Positions 7,675 to 14,886 of a stretch of DNA of 16,640 nucleotides are shown here, in pieces; the stretch's first letter is position 1, and every line of letters starts with the position of its first letter. A program made the translations under genes and the position numbers. Source of the stretch: Calditrichaceae bacterium. Its GTDB lineage: Bacteria > Calditrichota > Calditrichia > Calditrichales > JBFXGD01. The notes under the pieces are model-generated. The model searched no databases and had not been told where the DNA came from. It saw only the letters and a list, made by a program, of their open reading frames with translations. The stretch is taken from NCBI GenBank assembly GCA_050178385.1, contig JBFXGD010000067.1, positions 1-16,640 on the forward strand, written 5' to 3'.

Positions 7675-9495
7675 TTATTCATTCACAAAATTATCCAGAA
7701 TCTCTCCAATAAAGAAACTTGTTTCCGTTAGGAATCTTTCGGATGAGCATCCCCGGCGGTTGCACACCTGGCAGGCAATAGTCAGATGGCAGTCAACCCT
7801 TTGCTTATATGAAGATTCCAGATCGGCAACAGCGTTTTCCATCTCTTTTGTAAACTCCTGGCTTGATTCATTTTCCATAGCAAGTTTCATAATTTTTTTC
7901 TTAACCATTTCCGACAAATCTTTTATTCTGCCGAGATAGGCGCTGATGGCGCTTCTCCAAATGGTCCTTGCGCGCATCATAATTTCTGATTCGATGTCTT
8001 CGGGTGTTCCCGGGCGAAGCGTCATAAGCCCTTTTTCCTTCAGCTCAAATATCTCATCGATTAAGGATCGGACATATTCCAGCTCATGAATTATTTTCGG
8101 GCTGGTATCGTAATAAATCTGATGGGCTGTATTATTTAACAACATTCTGGCTTCCAGGAAAAAATTATTCATTTCATTCTGCTTTTCACCAAAATTTTTC
8201 TTCAAAACATTACTGAATTTTTGTAATTGCTTCTCTGCGGCGGCTATTGATTTTATGGCATCATGGTATTCATTGATCTGGTTATATCCTAAAGATTGAA
8301 AAACAATATCGAAATATGCCTGAACGCTCATTTCGAGCTCTTTTAGATTCTCTCTTAGCCTGTGGCTTTCATTCTCAAACGAGTTGCTTACCTGTTTTCT
8401 TACCGATTCGTCAAAATGATCACTCAGGATATCCAAAACACGGTTGAAAACTTTTCTGGGAGTGGAAACGTCATTGATCAAATTAAAAATATCATCAAGC
8501 GAAAGCTGTTTAGCGGCTAATGACCGCAGCCCGGGGCTGGTGCTCAAATGACTGTGCGACAGAAGTATCACATTGTCAAAATTTGTCAAATCTTCGGAAC
8601 AGGCTTTGACAAGAATGGCCTGTTTCCTGATAAGCATCTGCAGAAAAAAATCTGAAATGGTCAGAAATTTACCATCTGCAACCACATTGTCACTGATATT
8701 CAGATCCGAAATATTGGCCCGTTTTAAATCTTCTCTCTTCTGAATAACAAAAACAAGTTCCGCCAAAATTTCAAAATGTAAAAGAGACGATTCGAAATGT
8801 TTACTTTCGAGACTGGTGAATACTATTCTTTTCAACTGAAGCGGGCTCGTATCGATCAGGATATTATACAATGCTTTCCGGATACTTTTATCTTCATCCG
8901 AAAAATGATTCAAAAACAGTATTAAATTTTTTTCATTGTTCAGATTTTCTGCGACTTTATTGATTTCAGAAATTCTTACAATGCGTTCCTTCTTGTCCTT
9001 CAGAGCTTCGATACACATTTCGGATATCTGCTCATCTTTTTTGCCATTGCCTCTCTCTTTGAGTAAGTGCATATATTTTACCAGCATCTGCACCGAGACG
9101 ACCGGATTTCTGAGCAGTTCGTTTATAATATCAAGATCATCCTCATACATCAGCAGTACAAGCACATTTGTCTGCCCCTCGTTCATCGCGAATTCTTTAC
9201 GCTCACGCTTATCAAAACCCATGATATCCTGATATTGCCCCATCAGGTCCCAGAATTCATTTTTTCGCGCGGCGCTGCGCACAAGATCGCTCTCATCATT
9301 CGCCAGAATATTTATTATAGACGGAAAGTGACAGATGCGCGCTACCTTAGCCCGCTGATGCTCATTTTCAAGCAATTCACCACTTATATAGATGTTAGAT
9401 GCAACCGGTGGCGCCTTTCTGAAATACTTTTCCATGACATAATTGAAATATTCCAGAAAATTTTTAAATGACCCTCGTCCTGCCTGAATCGCCAA
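7675..9495 (-). CDS. Hypothetical alpha-helical (HEAT/LRV-like repeat) protein with C-terminal C-x5-C-x2-C-x4-C motif
   Basis: 606-aa ORF with no TM segment or signal peptide. TTG start 1 nt after the upstream TGA, with GGAGG inside the last codons of that gene. Repeat-like segments LANDESDLVRSAARKN, FSDEDKSIRKAL, HLSTSPGLRSLAAKQ, LSDHFDESVRKQV. C-terminal CHLTIACQVCNRRGC. Confidence 0.75.
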   Translation of the reverse strand: MAIQAGRGSFKNFLEYFNYVMEKYFRKAPPVASNIYISGELLENEHQRAKVARICHFPSIINILANDESDLVRSAARKNEFWDLMGQYQDIMGFDKRERKEFAMNEGQTNVLVLLMYEDDLDIINELLRNPVVSVQMLVKYMHLLKERGNGKKDEQISEMCIEALKDKKERIVRISEINKVAENLNNEKNLILFLNHFSDEDKSIRKALYNILIDTSPLQLKRIVFTSLESKHFESSLLHFEILAELVFVIQKREDLKRANISDLNISDNVVADGKFLTISDFFLQMLIRKQAILVKACSEDLTNFDNVILLSHSHLSTSPGLRSLAAKQLSLDDIFNLINDVSTPRKVFNRVLDILSDHFDESVRKQVSNSFENESHRLRENLKELEMSVQAYFDIVFQSLGYNQINEYHDAIKSIAAAEKQLQKFSNVLKKNFGEKQNEMNNFFLEARMLLNNTAHQIYYDTSPKIIHELEYVRSLIDEIFELKEKGLMTLRPGTPEDIESEIMMRARTIWRSAISAYLGRIKDLSEMVKKKIMKLAMENESSQEFTKEMENAVADLESSYKQRVDCHLTIACQVCNRRGCSSERFLTETSFFIGEILDNFVNE

Positions 9496-9496
9496 A

Positions 9497-10030
9497 TCAC
9501 CCCTCCAGGGCTAAAGTAAACGCGGTTGTAAGTTTTAAAATATCACGGTTGGCTTTGCGTAACCGAACGACCAGCTCTGACGCGATATTACGATAAATGA
9601 GCATCCCGATACGTGTATCTTTCTCACAAATGTTTAAGAGATCTTTCTTTGTAAGCATCGCCATTAAACAGGTTTTTACGGTTTTTACTGACGCGGATCG
9701 TTCGGGCGTATCGTCAAACATCGCCATTTCTCCAAAAAAAGGATGATGTTTTTCCGAGAGATGCAAAAGAGATTTTTCTTGTTTCTGACTGGATTGAATC
9801 CATTGCGGCAGCACCAGGGACTTTGAAATTTCCACCTCACCTTCCAGTAAAATATAAATCGTATTATCCAAATCACCTTCCCTGATAAACGGCTGGCCGG
9901 CTTCTATTTCTTTCACCTTCATTACAGCGAGAATGGTTTTTATCTCATTTTCTTCAAGATCCCTGAAAAGAGGAACTTCTTTAAGATAATCCATCTTCGA
10001 TAATAATTCTTTTGGAATATTTTTATTCAT
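9497..10030 (-). CDS. Stand-alone cyclic nucleotide-binding domain protein (no HTH)
   Basis: LKEVPLFRDL, AGQPFIREGD..IYILLEGEVEI, phosphate-binding cassette FFGEMAMFDDTPERSASV, then a C-helix ending at aa 177 with no room for a CRP-type DNA-binding domain. Confidence 0.93.
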   Translation of the reverse strand: MNKNIPKELLSKMDYLKEVPLFRDLEENEIKTILAVMKVKEIEAGQPFIREGDLDNTIYILLEGEVEISKSLVLPQWIQSSQKQEKSLLHLSEKHHPFFGEMAMFDDTPERSASVKTVKTCLMAMLTKKDLLNICEKDTRIGMLIYRNIASELVVRLRKANRDILKLTTAFTLALEG

Positions 10031-11174
10031 GCTGACTGCTCTCTATTGATAAATAAAAATCCGATCTCTTTAACTCCAGGTCCGGAGAAGGATTAACCAC
10101 GATTTTAATTTGTTCATCCCCATCCATACCACGCCCGGCCTCCTTAAATTTCTGCATGATATAAGAATCAAGATAAGAGTAATCATCACTAAGGATTTCC
10201 GTTAGATTAAACGGCTCTGTGATCTGTCCAAGGCCTATTAAAATTCCTGAATACCGCTCCTTGTAGTATGCGGATAACTCCGAATATTTATGACCTGCAA
10301 GCTCACCGGGTATCTGGCGTCTTATGATTTTGTTTGACGCGTTTGCCGAGAATATCTGTTCAATGAGCTGCGGCACGCCCGGGGCAGAAACATAGTTCGC
10401 AAGTAAAAACCCCGTGTAAGCATCACTGACGATCACCTCATCGGCCTTGGCCTTCCGCAAATGCGAAATGTTATCTCGCTCCAGAATATGGGCGTACACC
10501 TTTATTTTGGGATTAAGCGTTTTTAGAGACAACGTGGCAAGGATTGTTCGTTCATCGCCTGATTTTACAAGGGCCGAACTATTATCCGGCAAAATGATGG
10601 CTGAAACCGCATTCTGGACGTTTGCCCTGGTCAAAATATTTTCTCTTGTAAAATCACCGCGGACAAATTTAATCGTCAGATTGCTGAACTTCGATAATAT
10701 GACATCAATATCCTCTTCGGACAATTGATTGATTAATACTATCGGTGCGGATCTGTCCTTTTCTTTATCAAGTGTAGCCAGTATTTGCTCAGCCTGAACA
10801 TTCCAGCCGCACAACAGGACGTGTTTTTCTATTTTTACATTCTGCAAGCCTTTCCCCTCTCTAATCATACGAGATACAAATATGGAAGAAATCGTTGCTG
10901 TTACTACAGAGAGCATCGCAACGCCGAAAAACATCAGGATAACACCAAGAACTCTGCCTACAGGAGTGACAGGTATTTTATCCCCATATCCAACAGTCGA
11001 TATTGTCACAAAAACCCACCAGATGGAGTCCCAAAAATTTTTGAACTGATCATTGATCCCTTCTTCAGAATACTCAACCAAGACGGATGCCACAACCGCG
11101 ATGATCAACAGTGTCATTAAGGCGCTGAAAGCGGGATGTTTTCTTAGTTCAATTATTTTTTTTAGTTTTTTCAC
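10023..11174 (-). CDS. Two-TM potassium channel with RCK (TrkA-N-like) gating domain, MthK/YugO-like
   Basis: TM1, pore helix FWDSIWWVFVTIS, selectivity filter TVGYGD (10980-10997), TM2, then Rossmann-like RCK (KHVLLCGWN, FVRGDFT..L.RANV..A, DERTILATLSLK..NP, HLRKAKADEVI) and an RCK C-lobe ending VVNP. GTG start. Confidence 0.95.
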   Translation of the reverse strand: MKKLKKIIELRKHPAFSALMTLLIIAVVASVLVEYSEEGINDQFKNFWDSIWWVFVTISTVGYGDKIPVTPVGRVLGVILMFFGVAMLSVVTATISSIFVSRMIREGKGLQNVKIEKHVLLCGWNVQAEQILATLDKEKDRSAPIVLINQLSEEDIDVILSKFSNLTIKFVRGDFTRENILTRANVQNAVSAIILPDNSSALVKSGDERTILATLSLKTLNPKIKVYAHILERDNISHLRKAKADEVIVSDAYTGFLLANYVSAPGVPQLIEQIFSANASNKIIRRQIPGELAGHKYSELSAYYKERYSGILIGLGQITEPFNLTEILSDDYSYLDSYIMQKFKEAGRGMDGDEQIKIVVNPSPDLELKRSDFYLSIESSQHE

Positions 11175-11214
11175 GTCTTTTACAGATTTTTCAGAAAGAA
11201 TAATTAATTAAATC

Positions 11215-11234
11215 TACCCGTTTCAATCCGGGTA
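11215..11234. other. Short hairpin/inverted repeat in the K+ channel leader
   Basis: TACCCG-N8-CGGGTA. No clean U-tract, so a terminator role is uncertain. Confidence 0.3.
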
Positions 11235-11235
11235 C

Positions 11236-11281
11236 TATTTGAGCTTATTCAAATATAAACGAAACTATACCTGCTCTACAA
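11236..11281 (-). promoter_or_regulatory. Putative promoter of the K+ channel operon with overlapping inverted repeat (candidate operator)
   Basis: Minus strand TTGTAG-18 nt-TATATT (-10 at 11252-11257). Inverted repeat TATTTGA-N6-TCAAATA at 11236-11255 overlaps the -10/+1 region. Confidence 0.4.
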
Positions 11282-12691
11282 CACTAAACTAAATTTATGC
11301 GGAAGACGTATTCGCATTTCACCCGAATCAATATAAACTGAGGCGAATGGAAGTCCTTCCCTATCCAGAACAAAATAACCATCTTCAATATCGTCAGTTT
11401 TTAATTTTCCTGAACTAAATATTTCAATCAATCGCGCGTCAGTCAATTCTAGTCTTCTTCGCGTTATCAAATTGCTTAGTAGCTGCACGCTTTGATTTGT
11501 CAGTTTCCACATTCTCAATTTCTCTTCACCCAGTAAAATACCTCCATTGGTAAATCCCTCATCCGGAAATGATTCAACATCATTGTTAAACATCCAAATA
11601 CGGTTACGCGTGCGCAAATATCTCCGCTGTTTCCAATACGATGATGAGATCCCCCAGGTTTCAGAAATACTTTCCAGGTCCTTTTTAACCGACTCATGAT
11701 CATGTTTTACTGTAAATCTCCGGTCCTGTTCAGCCGACAGGCGATTTGGTTTAACTCTACCCGTCTTAATAAGCCGGACAACAAAAAAACCTTCCATGTC
11801 ATGGAGATGCGGTACAATACGTATGGCCCTGCGGAGATCAGGATTTATTTTATGTCCCTTGTATTCCGTTATTCCACAGGAAAAATGCATAAGATTTTTT
11901 ATATTAATTTCAGCAACTTCCACAGGATATCTTTCCAGGATACTCTGAATGACCAGCTCATTTTCTTCCGGAGCAACCGAGCAGGTGGAATACACAATTT
12001 CGCCGCCTGTTCGGGCTGCCTTCACAGCTGATATAAGCAATTGGTTCTGTACGCTGTTGAGCTTCTCCAGCTTTTCCGGGGTCCACCATTTTATTATTTC
12101 AGGATTTGTGGCGAGAGTGCCTAAAGCCGTACAAGGCGCGTCTACCAGAACTTTATCAAAATACTCCGGGAAAATTTTCCCCAGGCGTTCCCCCGGCAGA
12201 TTATAGATGTACTGAATCATCGCGCCTGCCTTTTGAAGATTCGTGTTCAAAGGCTGATGCCGTGATCTCGAAGAGTCGTTTACAACCAATTGACCCTGAT
12301 TTTGCATCATAGCGGCAATTTGAGTGGATTTTGAACCGGGCGCCGCCGCCAAATCAAGTACCTTTTCCCCCGGCTTCGGATCAAGAACAATTGAAGGTAT
12401 TTGTGATGAAAGCCCCTGATACTGAATGTTTCCTCTAAAGAATTCGAGTGTGTGGCTTAAAGGCAGAACATCATCTTTTATAATAATCCCGGAATCATTG
12501 ATTACCGACTTATTATAAGCGACATCCCAGCGGATGAGCTGATTCTCAAATTCGCTAAGCGTCGTTTTTAAGGTATTCACTCTGACGGCTTTTGGTTCAG
12601 GGCGCGCGTTCAAAAAATCGAGATATTGAACGGCAAACAAATCTTTTAAATATTTACTCAGACTGACATTATCCATTATCTCAATCCGCAT
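11276..12691 (-). CDS. rsmF: RsmB/NOP2-family RNA cytosine-C5 methyltransferase, RsmF (YebU)-like
   Basis: VRVNTLK, SAM-binding VLDLAAAPGSKSTQIA, motif IV FDKVLVDAPC, motif VI GGEIVYSTCSVAPEENE, EGFFV. No N-terminal NusB-like domain (unlike RsmB) and a ~150-aa C-terminal extension as in RsmF. Exact target base not determinable. Confidence 0.8.
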   Translation of the reverse strand: MRIEIMDNVSLSKYLKDLFAVQYLDFLNARPEPKAVRVNTLKTTLSEFENQLIRWDVAYNKSVINDSGIIIKDDVLPLSHTLEFFRGNIQYQGLSSQIPSIVLDPKPGEKVLDLAAAPGSKSTQIAAMMQNQGQLVVNDSSRSRHQPLNTNLQKAGAMIQYIYNLPGERLGKIFPEYFDKVLVDAPCTALGTLATNPEIIKWWTPEKLEKLNSVQNQLLISAVKAARTGGEIVYSTCSVAPEENELVIQSILERYPVEVAEINIKNLMHFSCGITEYKGHKINPDLRRAIRIVPHLHDMEGFFVVRLIKTGRVKPNRLSAEQDRRFTVKHDHESVKKDLESISETWGISSSYWKQRRYLRTRNRIWMFNNDVESFPDEGFTNGGILLGEEKLRMWKLTNQSVQLLSNLITRRRLELTDARLIEIFSSGKLKTDDIEDGYFVLDREGLPFASVYIDSGEMRIRLPHKFSLVL

Positions 12692-12769
12692 TCAAAAAGA
12701 AATTCCTGTTCCAATCTCACCATGAATTTCTCTTAATTAAATTTTCCTGGTCCAGTTATTGGAATATGT

Positions 12770-12798
12770 AAATTAAACTCTACTATTTTTATATGCAA
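12770..12798 (-). promoter_or_regulatory. Putative sigma70-type promoter upstream of rsmF
   Basis: Minus strand TTGCAT-17 nt-TAATTT, ending 78 nt upstream of the ATG. Confidence 0.5.
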
Positions 12799-12894
12799 AC
12801 TTATTAGTTAAGGGAATTGCGGGAGGTTTTGCGGACATCAATTCTGTGAAGGAGTTCATAGCAATATTACTTAAAGCCGGTCATTCTTTAACGG

Positions 12895-13956
12895 TTATGC
12901 GGCCGATGAAACGCTGATCACATCAAATTGTTTTCGTATTTGCTGATAGTGCCGGCGCATGAGTGTATTGGAATACATGTTTATGAATGCGAGATACAGC
13001 TCCCTGCGAATCATTTTTCGGGAAACCTTTACTTTTTCTTCACCAAGCAGGGACAGGGTGTTTTCATGAATTTTTTGAAGAGTCCTCAATGCCCAAAACA
13101 GTGGAAGCATGCAGAATAACCTGATTCTTTTTTCTTCCTTCGGAATCAAAAGAATATAATCCAACGCTTTATCAAGATGTGAAACGGCATTTTGGATCAA
13201 TTCATTGAACATCATTACCGCCTGGTCCGCGTTTTCTTCTTTAAATATGGACTGTCTTGTAAGACGATATTTTTTGAGCAATTCGTCAGGAATATATGAC
13301 TGCCCCCTTCTTAAATCCACGGTCATGTCACGGATGATATTGACCATTTGCAAACCTTTTCCAAACGATTCAGCCAACTGCTCCAGCTTTCCACGAACGG
13401 CCGGGGTGATTTTTCGGGAGTAATGCGAAAAAAGCTCTGTCAGCAAATATCCGACAGTTCCCGCCACATAATATGTATATTCATCGAGCTCTTTCATTGT
13501 TCGCAAAAATGTGAATCGTCTTTTTTTAGATGACTGGGCATACTTTCGCATTCCCAGTGACATTTCGGTCACCCACTTCCCGATCTGTCGCCTCACACCT
13601 TCTGAAAAACTAAAATACACATCGAGAACAACTGGCAGGTTATAGAGCAGATCATCATCCGGAGTCACTCTGGACAAAGACGGAACAAGTTTCATGAATT
13701 TTGACTGCGCGCTTAAATCTGAATCATCAAAAATCCGGGCATAGGCATCGAGCATCTTTTTTTTCTGTTCTATCGATAGATCTTCGTTGTCCTCAACAGT
13801 ATCCGCAATTCTGCAAAGCAGGTACGCTACCGTAACCGGAACATTGAGCCCGGCCGGAAGCATCTTAATTGTCGGCGCGAATGTCCTTGAAACTTTTGGG
13901 AGCATTTCAAGACAGTATTGTTTTTCAAGAAATAATTTATTTTTACCGTTTATCAT
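12895..13956 (-). CDS. Squalene/phytoene synthase family protein, most like farnesyl-diphosphate farnesyltransferase (squalene synthase)
   Basis: Flap LPKVSRTFA, YLLCRIADTVED, YTYYVAGTVG, FGKGLQMVNIIRDMTVD..GQSYIP, RLFCMLP, KVKVSRK. ATG at 13956 (GGGA upstream) preferred over TTG at 13974. Confidence 0.88.
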   Translation of the reverse strand: MINGKNKLFLEKQYCLEMLPKVSRTFAPTIKMLPAGLNVPVTVAYLLCRIADTVEDNEDLSIEQKKKMLDAYARIFDDSDLSAQSKFMKLVPSLSRVTPDDDLLYNLPVVLDVYFSFSEGVRRQIGKWVTEMSLGMRKYAQSSKKRRFTFLRTMKELDEYTYYVAGTVGYLLTELFSHYSRKITPAVRGKLEQLAESFGKGLQMVNIIRDMTVDLRRGQSYIPDELLKKYRLTRQSIFKEENADQAVMMFNELIQNAVSHLDKALDYILLIPKEEKRIRLFCMLPLFWALRTLQKIHENTLSLLGEEKVKVSRKMIRRELYLAFINMYSNTLMRRHYQQIRKQFDVISVSSAA

Positions 13957-14020
13957 ATAATCCCGTATGATCAATTTTGTTTATACTAAATTAATACTTT
14001 TTTACCTATCGAAACAGATT

Positions 14021-14785
14021 TTAATTAATTTTTAAAAAATATTCTTCAAGATGCATAATAGTATAATCAAGAATCACATCCACCGTAATTTGAGCAAATC
14101 CGGAATCGGCAAAGGCCGGATACCCTTTGTATCCGGCCTTTCCTATCTCTTCTGAATATGGCAATTCCTTGAAATTATCCTGAACAAGTTCCGGTTTTAT
14201 CAGGAGCATCATGGATGTTTCCCACCAGCCGGCATGCCCGTCTTTTGAAAAATATTTTACCGCCATCGATGAAAGATGTTCCGGTAATCTTTTTATAATT
14301 TCTTCCAATAACTCACCGGAAAAAAACATCTCAGTCACACGGTTGCCGGCGGGAATCATTTCAAATTGCAATTCATTCATTAACCGTGTTTTTACAGTTT
14401 CCAATGCCGATAGATGACGGCTTCCCGCGTGACCATTACTGATCAGGCAATACTTAAAACCGCTCCTTGCAAGGCTTCTCCCATACTCAAATATGACCTG
14501 TACAGTCGTGTCATAATCCGATTCAATAGTACCTGTCATGGGTATTCCACCAACCCCCATGTTCAACGCGGGCAGGATGACAATGTTATGAAATCCGAAT
14601 TTTTCGGGAATCCTTGCCGCTAATCTGTCAGCCATATACTCCGCCACGTAAATATCCACACCCAGCGGAAGATGGTTCCCGTGTTCCTCCAGCAGACTTA
14701 CGGGAAAAATGAACAAGGTGGATTCACGACCCATTTTATCTAATTCAGAAGTCGTCATGTCTTTATATTGATGAATATTCACCAC
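14021..14785 (-). CDS. Creatininase-family metal-dependent amidohydrolase
   Basis: Metal-ligand motifs LEEHGNHLPLGVD, SNGHAG, DGHAGWWETSMML...PELV. GTG start. Substrate unknown. Confidence 0.88.
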   Translation of the reverse strand: MVNIHQYKDMTTSELDKMGRESTLFIFPVSLLEEHGNHLPLGVDIYVAEYMADRLAARIPEKFGFHNIVILPALNMGVGGIPMTGTIESDYDTTVQVIFEYGRSLARSGFKYCLISNGHAGSRHLSALETVKTRLMNELQFEMIPAGNRVTEMFFSGELLEEIIKRLPEHLSSMAVKYFSKDGHAGWWETSMMLLIKPELVQDNFKELPYSEEIGKAGYKGYPAFADSGFAQITVDVILDYTIMHLEEYFLKIN

Positions 14786-14886
14786 TATCAGTTACCCTTT
14801 TTTACAAATTACTTTAAATCGGTTTGGTCAGATTCTTTTCTGTGAATATTTGGTCTTCGATATTTTTTTCAAAACAGCGCTCGCGA

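Noticed and set aside
9497..10030. CRP/FNR transcription factor
   Set aside because: Protein ends right after the C-helix; no HTH domain and no FNR-type Cys cluster.
7675..11174. Anti-phage system (CBASS/Pycsar-like CNBD plus membrane effector)
   Set aside because: No nucleotide cyclase, CD-NTase or other defence or mobility genes nearby. The channel has a canonical K+ filter and the context is housekeeping. Cannot be fully excluded without a defence-island association test.
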